64,000 nucleotides of DNA from Camelus dromedarius. Its lineage: Eukaryota. The stretch is from the NCBI RefSeq assembly GCF_036321535.1, contig NC_087436.1, forward strand, positions 100,380,001 through 100,444,000. The letters are read 5' to 3'. The notes under the pieces are model-generated. The model was not told the DNA's origin. It did not search any database and worked only from the letters and a program-made list of their open reading frames with translations. The position numbers and the translations under genes are program-made. Each line of letters opens with the position of its first letter. Positions within the stretch are counted from its first letter, which is position 1. Shown here in pieces: positions 50,560 to 61,437 of the stretch.

Positions 50560-50926
50560 ACCACTAAAAACTATTTTGAGTTTTCATTGGCTGAGCCGCC
50601 CTTCAGGAATATCTACCTTCAGGCAATGCTACATGCAGGGAAGGTTAAATTGAAGGGGTAGAGTCTAGCTCAAGTGGTACAGGGCATGCTGAGCATGCAT
50701 GGGGCCCGGGGCTCAATTGCTGGAATCTCCACTAAAAATAAATAAATAAACCTAATTACCCGCCCCATAAAATAACCCAAAAAAGATTAAATTGAGGTTA
50801 TCTGAACCAATGGCTGTGGACAGGAAATGTGATCGCCCTCACTGCTCCACCCAAACCACAGAGCTATTCCCCCGATGGTAGAAATGGGAAATATCTGCTG
50901 CAAAGAAAAGCAAATAACCTCATACA
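50560..50926 (-). mobile_element. Old MaLR LTR (MLT1J/K/L-like) hosting the SINE
   Basis: TCATTGGCTGA and TCTGAACCAATGGCTGTGGACAGGAAATG resemble antisense MLT1K/L. Confidence 0.4.
50654..50782 (+). mobile_element. tRNA-Ala-derived SINE (Vic-1-like), older copy
   Basis: TAGCTCAAGTGGTACAGGGCATGCTGAGCATGCATGGGGCCCGGGGCTCAATT...CTCCACTAAAAATAAATAAATAAACCTAATTACC. TSD AAGGTTAAATTGAAG (50641) vs AAGATTAAATTGAGG (50783). Confidence 0.88.
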
Positions 50927-51776
50927 GGCTCAGAAAAATATAGGCGAATAATTCTGATCACGTGAAATTTCATTTTCTTTAAAAGATGGAGTCTAACTTT
51001 TGCTAATATTTAAATCTCTAGTACAATATTGACATTGGGTCCTTCATGCTTCAAATTTAAACTCAGTATGCTTGTTTTAGGCTAGAAAGTTCTGTGTAGC
51101 CCAGGTTCTGAAATTATAATACCCTTTTTCTGCTTAAGTCATAAGTATCTCCCTTTGGGTCCTCTCCAAATTTTAGGCAATGATATAAAAAAATATATAT
51201 TTTCAATGGAGTACCTATATCCGTGAACTCCTTCACTCACCATAAGAGAATAATTATCGTGTGCTATTAGAAAGTCTTTCTTTATAAATATTGAGTGTTA
51301 AAAATTACTGCTCAATTTTAACTCTAAAAAATATATAAATGAAGATAAAAAATTTTGTCTTTTTCATTAAGTGATACTAACTGGAGGTATACACGTCTGT
51401 AAAGGTTTAAGCACTTTCCAGTGTAAAATTTTTTTAAAGCTCAACTTAATGTTAAATTAAATAGCAGTTGTGAGGAAAAATTTTTAAAAATGAGATTTAT
51501 TTTTTTATTTATAAATGGTAAGATTATTTTATTCCTCATTCACTAAATGCAAAGAGACTCGCCAAACACTGCCTTTACTCTCTGTTCTGAAAAAGTCCTA
51601 GTCATCAATCAGAATTAACTCAGTCATCCCTTGTCCCTGATTCCTTTCCTGAACAACTTAGCCAGAGTCAATCATGCATGGCCCTAGTGCCTCTGTATTA
51701 TTTGCCCATTTCTGTTGTTAAATTTGTTTCACTCTGTTCTAAATACCTGTTTTCGTACCTGTGACCCACCAAATCA

Positions 51777-51990
51777 CACCCAGCAAACTGTCTCCGTAAC
51801 AGGCCAGAATGTAAACATTTTAGGCTTTGATGGTCATACAGCCTAAGTTGCAACTAATGAAATCTGCTATCATAGCCCAAAAGCATCCATAGACAATAAG
51901 GAAGGGTGTGGTTCTGTTCCAGCAACATCATATTTGCACTAGCAGGTGGCAGACAGGATTTGGCCACAAGCTGTGGTGCACAGTTCCTTA
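51777..51990. mobile_element. MER58A hAT-Charlie MITE
   Basis: GCAAACT...GGCCAGAATGTAAACATTTTAGGCTTTG...AAAGCATCCATAGACAATA...GGGTGTGGTTCTGTTCCA...GGATTTGGCC. Confidence 0.85.
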
Positions 51991-52172
51991 AAGGTAGAGC
52001 CTGAGAGTTTCAGTGCTTTCATCTTTGTTTTGCAGCTGTATGCACAATGTTGAGCATGCAAAGGAGTGTTCATAAATGTATTTTTAATTTTAGTCCAGCT
52101 GAATCAAATTACAGCAACCCAACTTCCAATGATTTCCAGCTGTAAGAAGGCTGGGGCTTAAAAGCTGAGCTG

Positions 52173-52379
52173 TGTGCTGTCCAATATGTAACCACTAGTG
52201 ATGTGTGGCTGTTTAATCTTAAATTAATTAAAATCAAACAAATTAAAAATTCAGTACCTCAGATATATTAACCACATTCCAAAGGCTCAACAGTCATCTG
52301 TAGTTAATATCTACCATATTTAAACAGAACGGATATAGAACATAACCATCATTATAGAGAGTTCTATTTGGCAGTCCTG
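52173..52379. mobile_element. MER3 hAT-Charlie MITE
   Basis: GCTGTCCAATATGTAACCACTAG...TTAAATTAATTAAAAT...AAAAATTCAGT...ATATAGAACAT...CATCATT...AGTTCTATT. Confidence 0.88.
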
Positions 52380-54322
52380 GCTTGGATGGTGTAAATATTA
52401 AGACAAGAAGATAACCTCAAGAAGAACCCTGATGGTGTAGCTCAAATACACAATCTTGACAGAATTTTCAAAAACTGAAATTACACTATGCATAAAAAAT
52501 AAAAGGGTGTGATTTACTGGATAAACTAGGTAATTAGACACAAGTATACTACTACTTGACACATAAAGATTCAGTAGAGCTTTGGGTATATGTGTATTTG
52601 TATGTGTGTGTAACTAAAATTCAAGGTTCACCGATGTTATGCAGGTTAAGAAAAATAATGATTCCTGTTATGAAGGAGTTTTCAAATTGATTGATTAAGT
52701 ATTAGAGGAATATGCAGAATATCTCTGAGCTATTTCTTGAATACATGTATGTGCACATGAAATTTTGTTCAAATAATAGGATAAAATAAACATTCGCCTA
52801 TTAGCATTTTAACTTTTAATCTCCTATTCTTCCAATCTGTTGTTTCCTCTCCAGTCTTATGTTTTCATGCTCAAATCATCACTCCCCTTGATTGCATCAA
52901 AGTCCCCTAATCTGTCTTCCTACAGGATTGCCACCCCTGATCTATATTTCTTTCACCTTGTCTTTATAATTGATTTAACAGGAAAGGATGGATATGACCT
53001 GTTGATGCTTACAAACTTTCAGTGGCTCCTCTCAGACTACAAGATTAAGAAGAGGTATTAATGACTCTTCACTGTGAGCTCACTCTTCAGTACTCCTAAA
53101 TACCATCTGATCTTTATAATTCATACTCTACATTACTGACTACTTGTGTATCCCAAGTACACTATACTTATGACTTTAATAATGTGGTTCTATTTCCCTG
53201 TATATACGTCTTCTTACCCTTTCTCTTGCTTACTCATCCTTTAAGATTCATTCACTTAGTGTATGATTGTTCAATATAATTATTTCTATTGAGACCATAA
53301 GTAAAATGAATGATTTTAATAAAAATGATAAGTCATTTATTAGGGATAAGCATGTAAGACAGATTTCTAACCATGTTTATTAAAGAATGGTAAGAGTAGG
53401 CTCCCCATCAAAGCTGAAGTCCAAGTTGTGACTCCAGAATGAGTCAGTCAGCCAAAAAAGAAATAGATTGTTTTGCAATGTTCCAGTCAACCAAGGCAAT
53501 AGCATGATCAAAGTTGCGGTCTGCAAGCACAGGAAAGAAATGTTAATACATTTACAAGTAATTTAGTAGACCTGGAGCAAAATTTCTAAGTGTTAAGAAA
53601 TGTTTAATTTTGAGACTAGAGATCTAAACAGGATCCAAGCCTTGAAGGGTCTTTAAATGCCATTCCAAGGAGTTTAGGTTTCTCTCTGAGATCAGAAAAA
53701 GAGAGTATTGAAGAGTTTTAAAAGGAAAAGTCTGAACAATTAGAAATATTGTTCCTGGAATCAATCTAGAGAAAAAAAGATTTTTGTCTAGTTGGATAAA
53801 ATATATTGGTGGTTATGATTGGATAGACAAGAGAGTTATTAAAGATGTGGAAATATTTCATGATTGATTGGGCATGCTGGGCAAAGAGCAATCAAAGAAT
53901 GTAGCAGACTTCCAGTACCTATGGGCTACTATTTGAATGCTGTTTTTATTTTATTCACTAAAAGTGCTAGCCACTGAAGAAGAGACTGTGTGTGTGTATT
54001 TGAGTTAGGGATGAGAAGGATATAATAATGAATTAATTCTATAAGTCGATATTGCTTTGGTCAACCAGGTTGGGGTGGCAATGGAGAATAAGTAGTTAGA
54101 TGCTTGAATTTGAAGAACAAGAGGGTTCATGAAAGGAGATACACATTTTAGTGGCATCAGATTACAGACGGGAGACTAGAGCTTGGGAGTGGATTATATT
54201 AAATATTTTAAGGGCAAGCCATGAAAAACAGTATCTGGAAGACAAGTTTGAAATAAAAAGAAAAAACTATGTAAGTGTGCTGTCAGAGGAAATGAAGAAT
54301 GAGAACATTTCAAAGAGGAAAC

Positions 54323-54892
54323 TGTGGTAAGTAGAATTCTAAACTGGCCCCCAGGATTCCTAGCTGGTTATATAAATGCCCTCCCAGTTGGACCTCCTCC
54401 TCTTTAATGTGGACACTACCTAGGAATGTGATGGGGTAGCCTCTCTCCCTGGCTAGATTAACTTTAGGGCAAATGTAGTCATTATTTGTGATTATTTACT
54501 AAGATATTTCTATAACAAACTAGAGGCAGATTCTCCTGCTGGCTTTGAAGAAGAAAGATACTATTTTATGAGAAAGGCCCCATGTCTAGGATGTAAGTGC
54601 TTCCTCTACGAACAGAGAACAACCTCCAGTCATTATCCAGTAGGAAAACACGCACCTCTGCTCTTCAACTTGGATGACATTGGAAGTGGACCCTGAGCTC
54701 TAGATGAGAACGCAGTCTGGCCAACACTTTGATTTCAGTGTTGTGAGACCTTGACTGGAGAACTTAGAGATTCCATGCCCAGTTTCATGACCTACAGAAC
54801 TATGAAATAATAATGAATGTTGCTTTAAGATAAAAAAAAGTATATTACTAAGCTTTTCGTAATTTGTTACACAGCCATATAAAACTAGCACG
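54323..54892 (+). mobile_element. MLT1E-family MaLR solo LTR
   Basis: TGTGGTAAGTAGAATTCTAAACTGGCCCCCA...GATTCTCCTGCTGGCTTTGAAGAAG...TAGATGAGAACGCAG...TGACCTACAGAACTATGAAATAATAA...GTAATTTGTTACACAGC. Confidence 0.88.
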
Positions 54893-54929
54893 GGGATATT
54901 CCAAAGTACTTAAGAAACATGAAGAAATA

Positions 54930-55382
54930 TAGATGGCCTTTGACTTACTATTTATCTGCTTTACAATGGTGTGAAAGCGATACACATTTAGTGGAAATCA
55001 TACTTCGAATTTTGGATTTTGATCTTTTCCTGGGCTAGTGATACCCTCTGGAAATGCTGCTGCAGCTCCCAGACAGCCAAGCAATCACGAGAGTAAACAA
55101 TGGGAACACTTAATAACCATTCTGTACCCATCAACCATTCTGTTTTTCACTTTTAGTATAGTATTCAACACATTACATAAGATATTCAACACTATTATAA
55201 AGTAGGCTTTGTGTTAAGATAACTTTGCCTGATGGCAGGCTCTGAGCACTTTTAAGGCAGGCTAGGCTAAGCTCTGATGCTTGGTAGGTTAGTGTGTATT
55301 AAGTGCATTTTCAATTTATGATATTTTGAACATATGATTGTTTTTTCAGGATGTAACCCCATCATGATTGGAGGAAGTTCTG
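54930..55382. mobile_element. Tigger5/MER47B-like TcMar DNA transposon
   Basis: TA-flanked (C/T)AGATGG terminus, then CTTCGAATTTTGGATTTTGATCTTTTCCTGGGCTAG, TTTAAGGCAGGCTAGGCTAAGCT and GGATGTAACCCCATC...GAGGA. Confidence 0.88.
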
Positions 55383-55889
55383 TGGTTCATGTGGGATTCT
55401 CCAGTAAGTTTTTTGGTGACCAGGTGGAAACCATTTTAGTGAAAAATAAGTGGAACTCAATTTTACCATATAAAACAGGGAAAGGGATGGAAGGGGGAGT
55501 AGATATTGACTATAAATCACCCTTTAAAACTTCACTATGTAAGGACCAGATCCTTAGAAAAGTATTTAAAGAGTGATCATTTTCTTTTGACGTTTTAACA
55601 TAGAACTTGATTATTGGTATTCACATCATTATTGTTTGATGTCATAGAGAGGATGGGGGTGGGATTTGAAGCCATAGAAGAGAAAATGGACTGTACAAAA
55701 GAGAAGCATCTGTGTAGACAGAAGAGGAAAAGATTAGGGGCTCATAAACTCAGGAAGCAGAACAACTTTGACAGTATCAGGAGAAAATGCAAAACAGAAA
55801 CTACCAAATGCATTTAACACGGAAGTTCTCATCTAATGGATTCTCAATTCTCACTAAAGAAAGGGGCACTCCTTTTTGTTTGTTTGTTT

Positions 55890-56115
55890 TGCTGAAGCGG
55901 CATTTAAGATCATGAGGTTGCAAGTTCAAATTCAAGATTCAACTATTATTCATTACAGAACCTTGACGTTACTCTTTAGTTTACTTTCAGTAAAATGATA
56001 ATATTAAAACCTCTTCAGCAGACTATTGAGAGGTTAAAATGAGGTGATGTCTGTAGAGGGTTTAGTAGATTGTTCAGGATACTGAGTACCTAGAAAACTG
56101 TAGTGGTATTATTAC
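55890..56115 (+). mobile_element. MIR SINE
   Basis: AGTTCAAATTC...CAGTAAAATGATAATA...TTGAGAGGTTAAAATGAGGTGATGTCTGTAGAGGGTTTAG. Confidence 0.65.
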
Positions 56116-58174
56116 TGAGATCAAGCTTGTTTTGACGGGACAAGGAATTTGAGGAGAGTGGGGGAGATTTGAATTTGCTTTGTGAAGAACAAGAGAGGCA
56201 GGTGAGTGGGAGAAAAAGAAACAATTCCTTAAACGCTTTTACGGCTCAGATAAGACAGGAAATGATGGATTTCTTCTATTAGCAAAATTCGAGGTTATGT
56301 GATTATTTTGTGCTGGCTGCGTCAGGATGTCAAATACAGGAGGAGAGAGTGCAGGGAAATGAATCCTGAACAAAATTTCTGTGGGCTGATTGTGATCAAA
56401 ACCACAGAGCAAAGAACTTGAGCGATAAACAAGGGAGTGATCAAAGTGTCCAGGATTAATAAAGACCAAAGTAAAGCTTGGAAGAACTCATAAAAAGGAT
56501 AAAGTAAAGAAGCCAAGGTAAAGAAATTCCCACTGATGCCAAAGACACACTCTTCTAGGAATAACACAAGAGGCAAGGAGGAAAATGGAAAACTGTCATC
56601 ACCAACTTTGATGTGCAGAGCTCAATTTTTAAAGGTAAGATAGATAAATCTAGATTAAGAAAAAATTTTAAAAATTTCTTAATGTTGTCTAAGATGACGG
56701 TAAGAATTAAGGTAATGGGGGAGCTCATAAGGCCAGGTACCAAAGCATTTTAAGTAAACATAGAAGCAATGTACTGATTGGTAGAAGACAGCAACCAGGA
56801 ATGGTAGAAGTGATACCATCTAACGTTCTTTTAACCTCAAAGGATGTTTACCGTATTATTGCGATTTTCATCTTTGAAAATATTTGAAATTAATGAGTTC
56901 TGAAATACACACCATTTATGTTTAAAAGTTGAAAGCTTCAAGAAAATTTTAATTTAAATTTTTAAATTTTGCATTATTACTATGATGTTTATGTTTATGA
57001 TGTTTTATGAAGTGGTCTTCAGTCAGAATGAGCATATGGCTGAAATGTTGCTAGTGTTATAAAGGACCGTGGATGCAGCGGTGAAATGTGGGTAAAATAG
57101 AGATACTTTCTAAGCCTTCAGTGTTTATAGGGAATCACAAAATGGTAGTTTTCCTAGACTATTCGGAGTCTAAAAGAGTACTGAGGTGCAAAAAATATTC
57201 CTGAGTTCCAAGTGTAAATACACAAGTATTAATTTCTCCTATCACTCAGTTAAGAGAAGATAAACCAATACACTTAATATTTTAAATCTATGCTACAAAA
57301 CCAAACATCTTTAGAGACTTGTTCTGAAAATGTCTTCATAATGTATAAATTTTCCTCTTTCAAAAGCAGGAGGGGCAGGGGGATGGGAGGGGAAAAATCT
57401 CTGCAGTATATACTTCCTTCAAATTATTTTTAGAAACGCCGAAGTCTGTCTTTTTCTTTCACTTAAGATGGCATCTGCAACCTCTTCCACTCCCGCCAGT
57501 AAAACTGCATGGTCTCGCAGAAACATGCTTGCCAGAGAAGTCTGGGGGCTTGTGACACACGGTTTACACCTGCTTAGAGGTTTTGTCACTTCACAGAGTT
57601 GCTGTCAGTTTCCACCTCATGTAAATTTTGAGTTCAAACTGCTGACTAGCATTCTTTAGCAAATGTGTACTTTTATTTTGGAACTTAATTGCCTTTTCTA
57701 ATTCAGCTGCACCTTCCACAACTAAAAAAACCACATTTCTGTCAGTTTTTATAACTGGGTTCTTATGACAGAGGAGTTCCCACTATGTGACCATGTAATC
57801 AGTCAGCTGTGTTCCCTACTGCATCTTGGTGATAACCGAGGATAGCTTTTGATATTCAAGCTTAATCTCTTGTACAGGTTCAAGGACTCCCTTAATAATT
57901 TTTGGTATGGCTCGTGCTGTAGAAGCTGTTTCTTCTTTATACCAGTGATGGAACGATCAGGGCACTGCTCTCAATATCTCACTATTACTTCTCTCAGGCT
58001 TCATAAAAACAAATAATAAAAGTAAAATAAAACTGTGGGGTGTCTTGCTCCTCTTTTTTTCCCTCATTGTACCAATTGGAACATCTCAGTAACAAATTCA
58101 TAATAAAGATTCCAAACTGGGCCCATTACAATAGTAATGTTTTAAAATGGGGAATAACCTGGCTTTTGAATTTT

Positions 58175-58563
58175 ATATAATGCAAGGTATAGATTGAAAA
58201 TATTTTTTTTGCATATGACTAGCCAATTGTTTTAATATCATTTTTTGAGGACTATGCTTTAGCCATTCAGTTGTGCACATTTTGTTGAAAATCAATTGAT
58301 CAGATATATGTAAGTCTATTTTTGGACTCCTCTGTCTCATTTATTGTCTGTCACTACACTTTAATACTTTGTTTTGTAATAAGTGCTAAAATTGGATAAT
58401 ATAAGTTTTTCCAACTTCGACCCCTTTCTTTCAAAGTTATTGGGCTATTCCAGATCATTTGCATTTCTCTACAAATTTCAGAATCAGCTTGTCAATGTTT
58501 GCAAAAAAAGCCTTGTAGGATTTTATTTGTGATCACATTTAATGTACAAATCAATTCAGGAAG
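58175..58563 (-). mobile_element. Old L1 ORF2 fragment (L1M5/ME-like)
   Basis: TTTGTTGAAAATCAATTGA...TCTATTTTTGGACTC...GGCTATTCCAGATCATTTGCATTTC...AAATTTCAGAATCAGCTTGTCAA. Confidence 0.8.
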
Positions 58564-58757
58564 GGTTTCAATAGAGAAAATAAGATTTTAAACTTTACTT
58601 AAACTCATGTTCACAAATAGTAAACCAAATATTTATTAATCAATTAAGCCTAATTTACTGGCTTATTTTTATTGATTTATAATAATCACTGATTTTTATT
58701 GAACGTGCACTCTGCACCAGACATTGTAATGTTGAATATGCCATAATTAAACATTTA

Positions 58758-58952
58758 CTTGCTACGAGAGTAGATCTTAAATGTCCCAGCACAAAAAAAG
58801 AAATGGCAACTGTGTGCAGGATGCAGGTGGTGGCTAATACTATGGTAGTAATCATTTTGCAATCCATAAATGTACCAAATCAGCATATTGTACACCTTAA
58901 ACTCACTATGTTGAGTGAACTATATCTCAATAAGGCTGGAAAATAGTTAATT
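58758..58952 (+). mobile_element. L1MA9/L1MB-like 3' terminus
   Basis: GAGAGTAGATCTTAAATGT...AATCATTTTGCAAT...TTGTACACCTTAAACT...TATATCTCAATAAGGCTGGAAAA. Confidence 0.82.
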
Positions 58953-58963
58953 AAAAATGCTAA

Positions 58964-59020
58964 GATATGGAAGTAATCTAAATGTCTGTCAACAGATGAA
59001 TAGATGAAGAAGATGCGGTG

Positions 59021-59066
<46 letters not shown>

Positions 59067-59506
59067 AGAATATCACTCGGCCATAAAAAAGGAATGAAAT
59101 TTTCCCATCTGCAGCAACATGGATGGATCTGGAGGGCATTATGCTAAGTGAAGTAAGTCAGACAGAGAAAGACAAATACTGTATGATATCACTTATATGT
59201 GGAACCTAAAAATTACAACAAACCAGTGAATATAACAAAAAAAGCAGACCCACAGATATAGAGAACAAACTAGTGGTTACCTGTGGGGAGAGGGAAGGGG
59301 ATACTATTTAGGGGTAGGGAAGTGAAAGGTACAAACCATTATGTATAAAATAAGCTATAAGGATATATTTTACAACATGGGGATATAGCCAATATTTTAT
59401 AATAACTATAAATGGAGTAGAATCTTTAAAAATTGTGAATCACTATATAGTACACCTGTAGCTTATACAGTATTGTACAGCAGCTATAGTTCAATATATT
59501 TTTTAA
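58964..59506 (+). mobile_element. L1 3' end with ORF2 C-terminus remnant and an internal (TA)(CA)n
   Basis: Translates in pieces to AKIWK*SKCLSTDE*MKKM...TIEYHSAIK, like the L1 ORF2 C-terminus, followed by CAACATGGATGGATCTGGAGGGCATTATGCTAAGTGAA and the 3' UTR. TSD AAAAATGCTAA (58953) vs AAAGATGCTAA (59507). Confidence 0.92.
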
Positions 59507-60305
59507 AAAGATGCTAATGCAAAAGAAATTCTTACCAGTCAGTACCATATTAATTTTTCCTTCTTTTTGTTCAAAGAAATAGCAACTTATATAACTTGCT
59601 TACAATAAATCAATGGGGATTGTGTCTTTAAAAAATCATTCATTAATTGATGTACGTCTATATTGTTTCCATTGCTTTACTCTGATACACAATATAAACC
59701 CCTTTGTATAAAATTTCTAAGCATAAATACTAAGGCTTTGGTAGGATCATTTTTAGAAATAAAATTTCTAGATCAGATGTATATTATTTAAATATAAATA
59801 GATACTCCAAATTACTATAAAATTAATATTTCCCAGACAGATAAATGTTTCTGTCTCTCTTTAACTTTGTTAAAACTTATTTTCATTTTATTTTATTTTT
59901 GCCATTCTGAAGGAAAAATGGAAATATTTTATTTTACTTTTTATAGTACAGATGTTTAGTATCACAAAATGAGAATATTTAATACATTTTCTCTGCTAAT
60001 AATTCTGCATTTATCTTAATGTTTTTGACAATTTTTCCTTTTCTGTCATTTTCTCTTTGAAAACAGCAGGAGTTCTTTGCATTTCATATCAATTTATTTC
60101 TGTGTATGTTACATAGTTCTTCATTGCCTATTACATCATTTTGACTTGATTTTTATTTTATTTCATTGATATATTATATCTGTAAAAAGGTAAATATTAT
60201 TTTGTCTTTGCTTTGTTTTTATTTTTTGGCTTAGAAAAGCATTCTTTATTCTGTAAGTAAATCTCACAACACAAACACACAGACATTCTTTAATATTTTC
60301 TATAA

Positions 60306-60731
60306 TGTATCAATTCACTACTACAGTAATAAATCTATGATACAAACAACTTCACAATCTCAGGCACATTTACTTTTCATTTACATGGGTCTGTGAGTCA
60401 GCAGGAATCCTGCTAAATTAACCTGTGATTCATTTGTTTTGTTCTAAGTTATAGATTAGGTTCAAACCTACTCTAAGTAATTCTTCCTTCTAGAGTCAAA
60501 GTTTCCCTGGACATGTTCTTCCCGTGGTAGATGCAGAAGCAGGAAAGAAACTGAACAATCACGTGTAAAATCCTTGCTCATATTTTTCCCGCTAATTTTC
60601 CATTGACAAAATCAAGTCACGTGATCTATTCAAATAAAATGATCAAATAAGTACACACTGCCAACACCAAAATCAAGACAAACACAGGTAGAGAGGGAAG
60701 AATTTAAAATACATAATCTAGTGTGACTACA
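60306..60731 (-). mobile_element. MLT1H-like MaLR LTR
   Basis: TGTATCA...CAAACAAC...AATCTCAG...CATGTTCTTCCCGTGGTAGATGCAGAAGCA...CCATTGACAAAATCAAGTCACGTG...CTACA. Confidence 0.7.
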
Positions 60732-61176
60732 ATTACTTCAAACTTTCATTTAAAGTCCATTTTCATTTTTAAGTTTACAGCTTTATTTTTATATATTATA
60801 TAGAGACCTTATTTAATCAGGAGTATTTCTTCATATATACAATTTAAAATGTCATATATAAAGTATTATATTAATATAATATACTGATATATTTCCTATT
60901 ATATAACATAAATATATCATATTATTATAACATCAATATATTTTATTATTCCAATAACACTCATTGAATAGTCCATCTCTTATCCACTGTTTTGAAATCA
61001 TGTATTATAACATCATATATTATTAATTCTGTTATCTCACTAATTACTTGTCTATTTGTACCCAACACAATAGTGTTATATTCCATAAGAATTTAGATGA
61101 GATGAAAAAAATGCCCTGTCTTTATTCATTCCTCAAAATATTTATGGCTATTCTGAGTCCCTTTCTCTTTATAAGA

Positions 61177-61437
61177 TGTGATGGTTAATTTCATACACCA
61201 AGTGCCTAGGCTATAGTCCCCAGTTATTCAATCAAATACATATCTAGGTGTTTCTCTAAAACTTTTCTGAAGATGTGGCTAACACCTATAAATTAATTGC
61301 CTTTAAGTAAAGGAGATTATCCTCTAAAGTGTGGTAGGTTTCATGCAAGTGTTGAAAGACTTAAGAGTACAAACTAAGGTTTTGCAGAGAATACTTTCAG
61401 ATTACAGCATCAGCTCCTGCTGAGTTTCCGGCCTGTG
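61177..61437 (+). mobile_element. MLT2 (MLT2D/B-like) ERVL LTR, 5' part
   Basis: TGTGATGGTTAATTT...GGCTATAGTCCCCAGTTATTCAATCAAA...TCTAGGTGTT...TTTAAGTAAAGGAGATTATCCT...CAGCATCAGCTCCTGC. Confidence 0.85.

Larger units (their letters stand above)
53330..56800 (-). mobile_element. Fragmented L2 hosting MLT1E, Tigger5/MER47 and MIR insertions
   Basis: Purine-rich L2-like segments (GAAGGGTCTTTAAATGCCATTCCAAGGAGTTTAG; GAGATACACATTTTAGTGGCATCAG; GAGAACATTTCAAAGAGGAA) resume after each insertion. Confidence 0.55.

Noticed and set aside
22626..55103. Identical 14-mer AGAGTAAACAATGG at 22626 and 55090
   Set aside because: Several 14-bp matches are expected by chance among all position pairs in 64 kb of AT-rich DNA, and the second copy lies inside the Tigger5/MER47 element.
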